A stretch of 64,000 bases of DNA, taken from contig CM097885.1 of the NCBI GenBank assembly GCA_044892525.1, forward strand, positions 46,192,001 through 46,256,000. Reading direction: 5' to 3'. The position numbers and the translations under genes were made by a program. Below the pieces are notes generated by a model. The model had not been told where the DNA came from. It did not search any database and worked only from the letters and a program-made list of their open reading frames with translations. Position 1 is the first letter of the stretch. The number at the start of each line of letters is the position of its first letter. This DNA comes from Schmidtea polychroa. Its lineage: Eukaryota. Below are positions 1 through 14,169 of the stretch, in pieces.

Positions 1-25
1 ATTATAGAATGGTTTGGGAAATTCA

Positions 26-73
26 GGAGGGGGCAAGTGCCCTCCCCCTTGCCCTCCTTTGCAGACACCCATG
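26..73. mobile_element. Right end of a hAT-type non-autonomous element (truncated by window edge)
   Basis: GC-rich GGAGGGGGCAAGTGCCCTCCCCCTTGCCCTCCTTTGCAGACACCCATG resembles common invertebrate hAT MITE termini; partner end not in window. Confidence 0.4.
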
Positions 74-942
74 TACATATATGATAAATGCAATTTGTTG
101 CGGAGATTATAACTCATATATTGACGGTTCATACACCTACAGAAGGTTTAATGATAAACACTATTTTTTATAAACTGATGAACATCATTTCGCAGCTTTC
201 ATCATTGAAAAGTTGTCCGGAGATTTATTTTTACTATTCCAAATTTGTGATAAGGACCTATAAAACTGCCGTTAATAAGAAGATGGAGAGCTGAATATGG
301 ATTCCAACGCGATGAAATATTTATTTATGTAACTTTCTAAATTTTATTTTAGTTTTATCTGCATGAATTTCAGATAATAAATTTTAATATATATTGATTG
401 CAATTATATAATAATGGTATAAGTTAAAAATTGAATATAAACTGGAAATAAATTTAAAAATCAGACCACATAGCTAAACAAAAATTCATTTATAATTGTT
501 ATTATGATCTTTTATTATTATTATTAGTAGTGATTGTTATTTCTTCGTTTGTCGTGTATGTTTGTAGTAAGAGAGTTTGTAGAGCCCAGCAGAGTCTCAT
601 TTAAAAATATTTGTCTCGGGACAGCTGGGGTACTTGTGTGTTAATTTTGTGTATGAGAACGACAATTAAAATAAATGTTAAATTAACATAAAATATTAAA
701 AACTAGTTCAACTTTTATAACGTTTATTCAAAGAAAAAATATAAAATCTTAAAATTTGGGAAGTTGAGAATTTCAATTCTGTTTAGGATGAAAAATACTT
801 CTTTTAATTTATATTAAATTTCAAAGTTCACCGAAATCAAATTGAAAGAAAATCTTCTTTTATATCCGATTATAGTTAAATGATTTGCGGTTGAGAGTAA
901 GCCGTTTTTGGATTGTTATCTTATGTCCTGAGATTCTTGATA

Positions 943-2046
943 CACCTAAATCCGAAATATAAAAGTTTCTATAATACACGTTGGTGTGTTCATCAGTGGA
1001 TGACTCACCATTTATGAGAGTGCGAAGTTATTTATGTACTTCATTTATTCAATTTTATACGTCTTCAAGTAAATCTTTTAAATTTAAGTAACTTTTAAGG
1101 CTTGAATTTTGAATTTATATAATTATAAGATCATTCAAGCTCTTAAATATTACTTTTAGTCAATATTTTGATTATAAATTATTTAAATTAATCTTCACGT
1201 ATTTTTAGGATTTTTATGACATTTTATGAATTTATTTGGAATTATTTCGATACAATGTAAGTCAGATATATTTTTAACTATAAATAAATAAAGTAATCAC
1301 CAAACCCATTTATTTTTTTAAGACATTTAAGAAAGAATATGTATTATGGATAAAATAGTTTAAGTTTTTGTAATCTTCTTTCTCCAGCTCATTGATAAGA
1401 CGAATTTTGTCATTTTTTGTAATTCTTTAAAAATATTATTTTTTTAAACCAGTTATTAAAATTTACGATTTTCAAATTTTTTACTGGAAATCTAAAGATG
1501 TCGATGACCTTGTTGAATATTAGAAATGCTACTTTCAAACAAAGGCGTTTGACAAGAAATGTCTGGTATACTGTAAAATTTTTTAATTATTTGTAATAAA
1601 ATGAAAAATTCTTACATTGTCAGATCTTCACCTTCGCAAAAAGGTAGCGTTTCCAGAGAAATATCTGAAAATCTAAAGAAATATTAACTTCAAAAATATT
1701 TTATAAAATATACGATGTTTTGTTGTCCTTTTCTCAAAAGCTCAAAGTAGAGTTGTCCGATTCAAAATCTAAAAATTTTTCCCCCATGATTTTTTAATAT
1801 ATTAAAAATAATGATATATTAACATTATGTTAAATAACTTACGGAATAAAAAGCGCTATAATAAATTTGCATGTATTTTATATTACGCGTGCTGTGTTTG
1901 TATGTAAAATTATTTTTCTGTCACTTTCTCGATTCCTATATAACAACTTTAAACTTTCGGAACATTAAATTTTTCCACACAGGTAAGTTTGTTATTTTAT
2001 TGATTTTTTTTAGATTATAGAAACTTTTATATTTCGGATTTAGGTG
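943..2046. mobile_element. Non-autonomous DNA transposon with perfect 33-bp TIRs and TA flanks (Tc1/mariner-like, or CMC/EnSpm-like given CAC ends)
   Basis: CACCTAAATCCGAAATATAAAAGTTTCTATAAT at 943-975, exact reverse complement at 2014-2046; TA at 941-942 and 2047-2048. Confidence 0.85.
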
Positions 2047-2449
2047 TATGGTTTCTTTAAAATAAATCTTGTATTATTCTTTTCTAATTATCGATTTTAT
2101 TTCTTTAAGATTTTATAATTTTTCGATTTTTTATTTTTGTAATTTTCTATAGTTATAATTTACTATAGAGAATTACACTATATAGTTTTATTATATTTTA
2201 ATAAAATATACATAATAATAATAATAAAAATAACAATACATTAGAAATCCTAATTACAAATTTAAAAAAATTAACACCACACTACAATAATAATAATTAT
2301 TAATATATATTAAATATCAGATTTCAAATAGTATAATAATAAATATTAAAAAATCAGAATTCACATAAATTGTAAATACTTTAATGTTAGAAATATTCAA
2401 AATTATTATACAAATTTAATGTAAACTGACTGGAAGTTCGACATTTATA

Positions 2450-2768
2450 CTGTAGAACCTCTAATAATTTCCCTGGGAAATCTTTTATATTTTTGAAAAA
2501 AATAGAATTTGGGAATTATTATGTTTTTCCAAAAAATGAAATAACCAGAACAATCTCTGTCAATAAAATTGATTTATTTTATCGAAAAATCTGAGATGTA
2601 AAACAAATTAAAAAAACTATTAATATTGAATAAAATCTGAAATTAATATAAATATCTATTAATTTGATTATTTCTTCAAACTTTTGTTTTCAGATGGGGA
2701 ATTATTTAAAATTAAAAAAGTTAATTGGAAATTAATAGAAAAATGTGAGATTATTAGAAGTTTTAAAG
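2450..2768. mobile_element. pogo/Tigger-like MITE, degenerate
   Basis: TA|CTGTAGAACCTCTAATAAT ... ATTATTAGAAGTTTTAAAG|TA imperfect TIRs resembling CAGTAGAACCTC ends. Confidence 0.5.
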
Positions 2769-4404
2769 TAGTTTTTGTAATATAGTATTTCACTGTGTAG
2801 TTAGCAGGTGTTATCAAATAAAAAAAATAAAATCAAACAAATTATGCCATTATAAAAACGAAATATATATACTCAATCAAATTCTTTAAATTTTATAAAT
2901 ATAAGGAAACTTTGATTATTCGCCCATTTAGATTTATTAAAAATCAGTTTAAACTATCAAAAAATTCTAATAAAAATTACAAAATAATCCGCCTAAATGT
3001 GCTTTTAAGTCGGGTTCAATTTTTGTAGATGTGCAATTTATTTATTACTCAAATTCAATTAAACGACTGCAATTATTCATATACGTGCTGATAAAATGCT
3101 TTAGGTATGCTATATTTCATGTCGTGTTTCGGGATTGTCAACGGTTTTAAGCCCTGTATCCCAGTTTTCCAATGAACCTTTCGAGAGGTTCAAAAATCCC
3201 AGTTTCCAAATTTGTCTATTATGCAAAGTTTGTTCATTTTAAGCATTTTGTCCATTGTACATAGAGGTTGTGAATTGTGTCGATGTGCGGATGTGAACAA
3301 TTGAATTCATTCGTAAGATCGACAGTAGCCGGAAGCGGTAGCGCAACACCAGCAACACTATTTTTTCCAGTTTTCACAAACTTGTCGTGGAGGTTGGATG
3401 ATTATTTTGTACACGCGGTATCTTTTGATTTGAAAGAAAACTATATCGCATGTGCGAGAATATTTTCTTCATACCAGAACATAATGGTAACGTGGAGAAA
3501 ATATTCTCGTAAATAGAAATTCAATGGACATACGAAAAAGAGACTTTTTATATTGGTAGTTGAAAGTATTCTACAGTACACTGAAAATCATGATTTCAAT
3601 TGTTGCAAAATATATTATTATGTACTTAAAAATTAAGTAGGCTAACAGAAGACCAAATCTAATGAAAAATATATAAATTGATGTTTAAAATTGTTTTTAT
3701 TCCTGTCAATATTTTCATTTATTTTTGACTGTTTTTGTTCCAATTAATAAATGATTAAAATGTTAAAATCTGTAATTGAAATTAAAAATTAAGTATAAGC
3801 TACATTGCAGCCCAATCGAGCCAAAATCTTGGGGAGAGGAAAAAATGAAGTGGCCTAATATTGTTGATTTTTTCGAAACAGGAAGGGGGCACCGGTTTGA
3901 CATAGAAAAAAATCTAGCAACCCTACTTTTAAACTATATGCCAGTCTCTATTTCCTGAATAATCTTGATTTTTTTTCTTTTAATCCAACAATCCATATTT
4001 AATTTTGGGATTATTTAATTTTAATAATTAAATATTTTTAAAATCTTTTTCGAATTAACATAAATTAAAAATAAATTAGTGAGAATTATGGAAAAATTAT
4101 AAATTATCTGACATAAAAAAATATAAATTATTTAGAGTTCGAATTATTGAGGTTTTTTATCAAATCTATAAATCTATTAATAGTGCCATTTAATTGTATT
4201 AGTGCTTGTCAAAATGGCAAATCATTTAAACAAAATTATATTTATTCAATCAAGCATATCGAATTTCAAAAAAAATCTGTTTTTATTTTCAATCGAATTT
4301 ACTTAGAATAAAAATTTTTAAAAATGTAATTGAATAGAAATGAAAATGAAATTTATTAATCGCATTTCACAAAATGCATACTGTTCAGTTTTATACGTTT
4401 TACA

Positions 4405-4705
4405 CACGCCCGTTTTAAGGTCGTCGTAGGCCCTAGACACTTTTGGAATTTGGATATATGCATTGCAGCATTTGTAGCATTGTAGACCTCAAATTGATTA
4501 AATTTAATTCTGAATCAATTATTAAGTAATGACTACAAAAATGGAAAAACGACGAGCAGCCTACGCAGCATTACATTGCAGGTTCAGTTTTTTTCTTGAC
4601 AGATCTTTGTCATGTGATGAAATAGTTTCTAAAGCAAATGAATTAATTAAGATCTATTCATCAGATCTGGAAGTGGCATTCGCTAATGAATTTCTACAAT
4701 GCTTT
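4405..4705 (+). pseudogene. hAT transposase fragment (ZMYM1-like group)
   Basis: MEKRRAAYAALHCRFSFFLDRSLSCDEIVSKANELIKIYSSDLEVAFANEFLQ resembles the region before the hAT dimerization domain; GC-rich terminus-like sequence at ~4405-4440. Confidence 0.55.
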
Positions 4706-6490
4706 TTCTTTAAAAAATATGTAAATATAGGGTTTTGCTTTTTTCATTGTTTTTTTTACAACATTCTATTTCCTATATTTTTCACTAATCAAATTAGAAC
4801 AATGAAGAAAATTTACATAGAAAATTTTTTTAGTTTCTTAACATGAAATAAAATCTTTGACAATAATAAAATTATAAAAATTTCGTCGAAATAATTATCA
4901 CCAGTAAAATCATTTATTATTTTCATCTTTGAGTTGATTTTATTTTTATTTTAATATTTAATTTATTTTCAAATATTTTCGACATTACTTTTTCCCCCAA
5001 GTGTTATTTGCTGTTACATAGGAAAAATTGGTTCAGTAAAAAAGTAAATAAAAGAAGTATTTTATTAATTTTAATAATAAATTTTATTGAGTGGATTTTT
5101 TTGTCAGAGGAAGTATGAGAAAAGAAAACTGTTTGATCAAAATAAACAAAAGAGAACTTATTGATTTCATTTCTGACGACGACTAATGGAGAGAAATTTA
5201 GAAAAAGAAATATAAAAGAAATTTGATATCTAATGGAAAGAGTAGGAAATTGAAGAAATGTAGACAACACAAAATCTACTAATTAAATTCATTTAAGGAA
5301 CTGTGATATTCAATGTTTATTTCTCGTGTTAATAACTGACAAATATTCTGGTGTAATATTGAAATGCTTTTTTCTGCAATTTTCTGATTTATTTGTTTTA
5401 ATTCGTCAACTGCAGTATCAAAAAGTGGTAAAGACGTTGTGGAGTCACACTATTTCTTTATGATTATATGTGAGTTATATGTAACTTATACGGGATCTAA
5501 ACCTACTATATAACTCGCGTGCCAGTCAGTCATGTGAATGGAATAATTGATCAAAAAGAATTTAATGAGAAAAGAAATATGCAAGGTTTAATTTCGAGAT
5601 TAAACTAATAATCAAAATTTATTTCCATTTTATATTTTAAGGGGTCTTTCTTCACTTATGGACTAATAATTTAAGAAGAGCATTTTAATTTAACTTAAAA
5701 TGGTTACTTTACCATGTCTTTGTTGTTACTTCATAAAAGATTCTGTAAACATTTTTTTTAAGATAATCTGAGGCATTATGAATATTCGAAGAATTAACAT
5801 ATTTATAGACAATGGACTATATAAGTGTCAAAACATGGCAGAATATGTTACATCATCAACAACGGATTCAAAAATATTGAATTTTAATAAAATTATTATT
5901 TAAACAAAATTTAATTTTTATAATTATATTTTAAAATGAGTATTAAATTCAACTTTAAAATTCGATATTATTTTTACACTTTTATATTTACGTTGTTACC
6001 TTACAATGTCACCTCAATGGTATATGAGAACCGTTGGCTACATCAGTTGATGATGGTTGCCCTGAGAAAAGATTATTCACGTGTTATGTTGAATTTTTTT
6101 AAGTTAACATAAAAGAACATGAAATACAACACAATTTTCTTACAGATTTTGTATTTAATAAAAAGAAATGGGCACCCCTAAAACCTATTGTCTTTAACTC
6201 TATGCTACTGATACTTACTTCAAATGTTTTTTAATATAATGTTTCATTATTGTTATTATAATTTGCAATCCCCTTCTTTATTTTACATTTATTTACAATT
6301 TAAAAATTAAAAAAGTTTTACATAAATGTGGATCAAAGACTTTAAATAGCTAACTACAGAGATCAAAAAATTAAAAATATTATAATAATTTCAATCTTTC
6401 TATAGTTGATACTATATATGAGTGTGTATAAGAAAATTTGTAGAGACCAACTAAGTCTCCAGAAACATTTGTATCGGGATATCTAAGGTG

Positions 6491-6695
<205 letters not shown>

Positions 6696-7982
6696 CTTAG
6701 GTATTTAGACTCAATCTATAAAAACGATGAAACCAAAAAAGAAAATAGTGTAATATTTATTTATAACGGAGTACTAGCAAAATATAAAATCACGGTATCA
6801 GATTCAATTCTTAATCCTCAAAATATCCTTTTTTTGTGTAATTCTATTTTTAGAATTTTAATTTTCTAGAGTAAGATATTTAAAGTCTTTCTGTAGAGCT
6901 CAACCCGTTTCAGTTGTGAGCCATTTTACAAATGACCATGATATTTATGGGCCAGGAATTATATAATTATCTAATAGATTGCATCGTTTTTGATACTTAA
7001 ATAAAAAAAAATATTTGTAAAAAATATTTTATTCAAAGAGCGTAAATTAATAATTAATGTGAGCTTTGGATTTCTGCAATTCTTGATCAAAATCAAAATA
7101 ACTGTTATAACCAAAAATAAAATTATTAATTAGTGAAATATACCGTGAAATACAAACACTTAAAAAATTTGATACACAGCTGAATATTACACCTATTAAA
7201 TTGTGATCGATAAATATTTCAATATAAAATTAATACTAACAATATTGTTTTATTTATTTCTTTAATTTAATTATTTAAATTTAAATGATTTTTATATCCT
7301 GTAATGGGAATAATAATAAATATTTGATTTTTAGTCAAAGTGAAAATAAATGAAATTAAGAAATTTTAAAACTGTGTTTTGCATGAAAAATGTGCATGAA
7401 ATATATTCATTAGTAATTAATAATATCTAAAGATTTGTACGATAAAATAACCATTAAAACGTAAAAGTTCATCTCTCAACTTGTACTTCGAACAAGTTGA
7501 CTTTTTTTATATGTAACTTTATTGTATATCCCAACACAACCAGCCAAACGGATAACCAGCAAATAAATTGTAATACGTGACTATTTTAATGTAAAAATAT
7601 TTGTTATTTTTTATATTAACTTTGGTCGCGACAAATATTTAAATTTGTTATTAATATTGTGAAGAATTGAGGAGAGAAAGAAAAATTTAACTATTAAATT
7701 CACATTTTGAATGGCCAATTGCGAATGTCTAATAGCTAATCTGGATATTTTTTATTATTACGAGCAGAGTTTCTAGCTAATTTGAGAACTTTGCCTGCCA
7801 AATATTCCAAAACAGCACCAAGAAAAATACATGCACTTCTTTGAAAAAAGAATTCCAGAAATAATAAAATTACAACCAATTTCAGAACAAATAGAAACCT
7901 TCACGAAGATAGTTATTAAACAGATTCGCAGAGTACTGATGATGATTTCCAATGCCTATTGCGAAATTTATTAAAACAAAAA

Positions 7983-8131
7983 TTTATTATTTAAAACAAT
8001 AAAGTGATAATTTAAGCCTTATCTTAGTCGAAAATATTTTCATTAAATACATTATTCGCAGCAAAAGGCTTAAATTATCACTTTATTGTTTTAAATAATA
8101 AATGCTGCTACCAAGAAATCATAACTTTATA
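7983..8131 (+). repeat. Palindrome-plus-tail family A, copy with central and left-arm deletion
   Basis: TTTATTATTTAAAACAATAAAGTGATAATTTAAGCCTT ... AAGGCTTAAATTATCACTTTATTGTTTTAAATAATAAA followed by tail TGCTGCTACCAAGAAATCATAACTTTATA. Confidence 0.9.
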
Positions 8132-8314
8132 CTTATAGAAATTTATTATATATCAGAAACTTCACAGTGAATTTAATAAGTACCTCTAAATTACCTTTGA
8201 ACAATTATGAATGAATCATGTCAAATGTGAATTGAAATCCAGCTGTCATTTGGAATTCTTATTATATACATTTTTGAAATATATATTTTCTGACCCTATT
8301 TACAAAAATCTTAG

Positions 8315-8316
<2 letters not shown>

Positions 8317-8370
<54 letters not shown>
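8317..8370. repeat. (TA)n microsatellite
   Basis: Direct reading. Confidence 0.97.
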
Positions 8371-8375
<5 letters not shown>

Positions 8376-8792
8376 AAACAAGTGATTAAATCTTTCTACA
8401 TAAAAAATCTGCGACGTAATCACGTAAAGGAAAATAAGCATGACAAAACAATAAAGAAAATAATGAATTTTCCTAACATATTGTCTTATGCAAATATGAC
8501 TGGTTGGAAACAATGGTAAATTATAAATGATAAAATTATTAAATAATTTGCTTGATTAAAACCTGAAAAATTTCATTAATAAAACATGTGTTAAGATACC
8601 CATTTATTAAATAAACACAATTATAGAAATTTTTATTTTTTATTATTGTAATTTAAAAAAAAATAAAAATTGTTATTTTACACATATTTCTTTATTTCAA
8701 TACACTATGAATATGTAAAGTTAACTATATAAAATTATTTTTAATTATTTTTAAAATTTAACGTGCAACCTAACTTTTCTATTTGCCTAGAT

Positions 8793-9023
8793 CAGCGTTT
8801 TAAAGCGTATTTTAAAACAACATAATTTTAAAAACTGTGGTTTCCCATTGAAAAAAAATTGGAAAAGAATTTTAAATTAGATCGAATAAAATCGAGAATT
8901 ATTTATTAATCTTTATTTATAAATCATTTTTTATTAATTATTTATTTACAAAAAGTTCGCGGAACCATTGCTATCAGTTCACGGAAACCCAGGGTTCCGA
9001 GGAACCCACTTTGGGAAACGCTG
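8793..9023. mobile_element. hAT (Charlie/Buster-like) MITE, 231 bp
   Basis: CAGCGTTT...AAACGCTG termini; 8-bp TSD GCCTAGAT at 8785-8792 and 9024-9031. Confidence 0.85.
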
Positions 9024-11697
9024 GCCTAGATTTCCACCAATTTTCAAAATATTGTATTGTTTTTTTTCAATTCATTTTCAAAATCTTGACAATTTAAATA
9101 TTTCAATCACTTTTAACTTGGAGAAATAAAACCTTTTATCAATTAGTAGGCATCAAATATTTATTGAAATAAAAAACATAGTTATAAACAAATTCTTGTG
9201 CCAATATTATGGCAAATTGTATTAAAATCTTTTAAAATGGCCAGTCGGGAGCTCACTTCATTGATACTTCAGGAATAATAAGTCACTTAAATTTTTTAAT
9301 TATTTGCAAAATTTATTTCAAAATATAAAAAAAACGAAAATAATTACCTTATGCTATACAATATGGTAAATTTATTGTCAATGAATAATTTACTTTTAAA
9401 AATGAAAATATATCTAGGTTTCATTATTGATTGAATCGGTGCACATTTTTGTCAATGATTTTTCTAATTTTTTTTAGTTGGGAATATATAAATTTTTACT
9501 AAATATATTTTCATTTTCTCTATTTATCGAAAATAAAAGTTTTCATAATTATTATGACATTAGAATAATCAAATTTTCGGTTATCCTTAAGAATTGTATT
9601 GATCTAATAATAAAATACGAAAAGTTAAAATAAGAAATTTTTATTTATTTATTATTTTGATTGGTCAGAAAATTTATCAAAAATATTATTAAAAATATAA
9701 AAATATATTTGGGACTGTTTGGTAGGTGTTGGTAGGTTTGGTAAATCAAAAATTAAAATATAATTGGAATTAAAATTAAGTGAAATTTTAAAATTAAACA
9801 TTAAATTTAAAAAAAAATTTAATTTAAAATTAAAGTTTGTATTTTATTTATTTTTGTAATAGAAAAATTAGAGAAAGTAGGCTATGAAAATTAAGATATC
9901 TTAAGTTATATCTTAAATACTATAATATCTTTGGGATATTATTAAAATTTCGACAGTAATTTGCTTTGAATATCACTTAAGTGGGAAATCTGAGAAAACT
10001 CTCCAATATAGAATTTATTTACTGATGAAAATTTCTAATTATACTTGGAATAGATTTCCAAAGGATTTAATCCTTGAGATCAATTTGCAATCTGATGATT
10101 GATAATTGGCTTAGGTTTGTCCTTATCTCATTGTTCTGAGCAAAAGTGGTAAATTTCTTCAATTATCGTTCCTATTTATATAAACTAGTTGTCATCAATC
10201 ATCATGGTTAACCCATTTGGAACCAAATTTTTTTTGTCCTTTAATAAATTTAAAAACAAAAGTATTAAATCTCCAAGAGAAACTATGACATCTGTAAAAT
10301 AAATATTAAATTAAAATAAAAAGTTAAAAATTTATCATTTGTGAACATTTTTGATGCCTATTTAAAATATTTTGTAAGATATACAATTATTACTAATTGT
10401 TCCCATTTGTAACGCTGACTATAAATTGGTTTATTGACCCTGCCACGGCAAAACTTCGGTACCAACAAGTAATTAATGATGGAATTCTCTCTTGAACGAT
10501 TTACAAAACTAATTAACATATCAACTTTAAGATTTTTCAATGATTGGTGGGTTTTCCTTGAGTATTAAATAAGATTAATTAATTAATTCGTATTTTTTTC
10601 CCAGCCACTCCCATTATTGTAAAACTATTTTGCTTGTCTTAAAACCTTCAATTTGTCACCTCTTACCACTATTTTCTTCCAATAAATATTAGATTTTATT
10701 TTATTAAATATTTAATTAACTTTTAATTAATTTTTAACAATATCTTATTTTCCATCTATTTTATTTATTTTTCCGTTACTTAAACAATAATTCCCAGATA
10801 CGTACAAAATGACACAAATGGCTATATAAATTCATAAAAATTGAAAATAACACTTAGTCATTTATTGTACTATTTACATATAAAATATCAGATGAAAAAA
10901 TCTTTAATAAGAACTTAAAAGAACATTCTTTTTCACTCTCTTAACATTTTGTCTAGTTAATGATAATACATATTCCTTTGAATTGACATGTAGGACAAAC
11001 GTTAGCCCAGTCTTTGAATCCATCCAGATTATGTTAATTTTGCCACTACCCATATCCCATTATGTTAATGGAGTCTATTTTGATTCTTCAATGGTATTTT
11101 TTTAACGAATTTCATTTACTTATATTTTACAAACTGAACCCTCTAATTCTCCAATTATTAAAATTTAGTATATTGTGAAACATATTAAATATTTTATTTA
11201 TATTTGTTTTAATACCAATCAACAATTTGTTATTTCTGAGAAATTAATGTATTTCACAATTCAAAATATAAAGTTGAATTCCAAATATAAATTTATATAT
11301 AAAGTTAAATTGCTATTAAATCTGCACAATGCAACTAATGGAAATATAAAATGCAAATATTAAACTTCTGTCAAATACCGTCTAGCCTGTATTCTCAGTT
11401 TTTATTATTCCTTTTTATTGGTATTATGTAAAATAAAAAATAAAAACGTATAAAACATATTTGATATTAAATTTATTCATTCTTCTTTTTAAAAATATAA
11501 TCTAAAAATTATTATTTTATGCAAAAATGTTAAGTTTTGAACAAATCAATAAAATTAAAGTGTATTTAAATTATATAAATAAAGAGAAAATTATTATTTC
11601 AACATTTCACTATTTAATATTTATTATTGTTTAAAAAGTAATAATTATTCGAAATCAGAGTTCTAATTATTATTAAGTTTTATTTTTTATTAATTTA

Positions 11698-11846
11698 GAT
11701 TGTATTTATTAAAACGCTTGACTATGAATCAGTAAATATATCGATGTTTTTTTGATATATTTACTGATATATAGTCAAGCATTTTAATAATTGCAATGTC
11801 AATTGAAAAGAAATCAGTGGGGAAAATTAAAAGAAGTTTTTATAAT
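11698..11846 (+). repeat. Palindrome-plus-tail family B, full copy
   Basis: ~45-bp arms (TTATTAAAACGCTTGACTATGAATCAGTAAATATATC / GATATATTTACTGATATATAGTCAAGCATTTTAATAA) around loop GATGTTTTTTT, then tail ...GAAAAGAAATCAGTGG...AGAAGTTTTTATAAT. Confidence 0.85.
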
Positions 11847-14169
11847 CTTATATATTTGTCTCTAAGATTATTTAGGATCGGTATTGTTTGTCCCTCCCAT
11901 AGAAATTATACAAAGTTAATTGTTTACATCAATAATTTTCCATTTATCAATTTTTTGTTGACTCGAATCGCTTCTGTCGTGTTACAACTTATTTCCTATT
12001 TAAGGTCTAAGGCACCATTACAGTGGAATGTCTTTACTTTTGCGATTTATTGTAGATTTAAAATGTTCTATTACAAGTATCATAAAAATAATAGGACGTT
12101 TTGATCGATTATTACTATTAACCTAAAAAGACATACTTTGTAATATTTCTACAATTAAACCCCTTTTCCAATTTTACAGAATTGGGATTCATTTACAAAC
12201 TGATAAGTCACATATTATGTTGATTTACAATAAATTCATTGGTATAATGGATCACCCCGACTACTATGCCTTAATAAATACTTCTTTTTATAAATTCTAC
12301 ATTTTATAGATGAAAAAAATTATTTGTGTATAAAATATTTCGTTAGTACAAATTCTTTGATATTGCAAAGTACACTGCCGTAAAGACTATCCACCCGAAA
12401 CGTTAAAAAAACCTTCATTTTCTAAGTAGATGTAACAAGAAAGTACAATGACTGCTTAGTTTGTTCGAATCATCAAATCATATTTTATAAATTTCAACAA
12501 CTAATAATTGTTTATAAATGTTATATAATAAACAATTACAATTGAACCTGACAGGTATCCTTACAAAGATTATCTTCTGAAATTTCTTTCTTCAAAATAC
12601 GTAACCATTCTATCAACATTTCACTGCCGTAAAATTACAACAATTAATTTAAATTATGAAAATATATATTTCAATTTCTATTAAAAAAATTATTTAAAAT
12701 TATCTAAAATGAAGATAAAATAAATTCATATATAAAACAATCGTTAAAATGCGAGGGAGATAAAAGATATTTTTGATATCTCCCTATAGTTGCAATTATT
12801 TCTTGGTGTAAAGAATAAATTTGCAAGTGGACATCTTCTGTTTCATTTATAAATATGTAGATATAAGACCGTTACTAAATATATTTTCTAATATTTCCCA
12901 ATATGGCAAGTTATTTCACTCTGTTGACTGCTTAAGTGTCATCATAGTCAATATTCTCATCTCTATTTTATTCCATGTTGGCAGTCTGCCAGTCAACATT
13001 CAATGGATGCCATTTCTTCCAAAACAAGCATTCTAAAAAAATATTTGTTTAAATGGAATTTATTTCTTGTATTCAATGCTTCATTATATCCATCTTCATT
13101 TTTTCCTTTATTAATTATGATGTTTATGAAATAAAAAAAAACGTGTAAAATTCTTGAACATATATGAATGTGTTTGATTGGATCAACGTTGATTCATCCG
13201 TTGGCAATCGGCAGTAGCCTAATCGCTGATTCATTTCCAGTTAGCATTTTGTTTGCCTTTCAGTTGATCTAGAAAATTTAATACTTTCTATGAATCAATT
13301 GAATATTAATTCAATGCCAATAATGAATTTAATTAATAAAATACAAATTTGATTTCCACTTGTTTATCTTATTTTAGGTTATGAATCACAGCGAAATTGA
13401 AATTATTATTATATCAAAGTTGTGAAAATATAATTAATTAAAGCGATTGTTTAAATGCATTAAAATTATTATCAATTTAATAAATAATTGTATGAATGCA
13501 TGTTGTTGATTGATAATGTTTGTGGAATTCCTTATTTATATAATATTGCACAGAAAGAAATTCCTAGAGCAGATTTGTTTTAATAATATTAACGATAAGT
13601 TAATTTAATTAAATAAATTAATTTTAGAATCATTTATAGTACAAAAGTAATTGTAGCTAATAAAAATGTTTTTTTGTTTAAAAATAATAATAAAATTTAG
13701 AATATTGAATTATATAATTAAAAGTAATTGTAATTGTTTATTAATTACTCTGTATAACAACAGACTTGTTTCATTAATTTTTTATGTTTCTTTGGTAATT
13801 CAAACTCATGGATTTTAATGCTAATGTTTGATAAGAATTCCTCTGTACGTGTTCGAGATATGTAAAAAAATCTGGATTTTTTGATTTTTGTTTGGAGAGC
13901 AAAGTGGAAGTACTGGTCATATAATTTAAGTATAATCATATTTATAACAAAGTGAAATTTTATCATTATCTATAATTACTAACAGTATATTAAAATAAAT
14001 AAATTCAAATATCAATCTAATTAAATATAAAAAAACATGATGAATTACTTTAAAAATGAAAGAAGTAAAGTTTGTTTTAATAATAAAGAAAAAAATGTTA
14101 ATGAAAAAAAACACGCACTTCTTTGAAAAAAAATTTTTGTATTTAATTTATGTAAATAATGTGTAATTC

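Noticed and set aside
5015..5260. Possible gypsy 3'-end relic; similar weak echo (VGGVEL) at ~46700 on the minus strand
   Set aside because: Only a few matching residues; not distinguishable from chance by eye.
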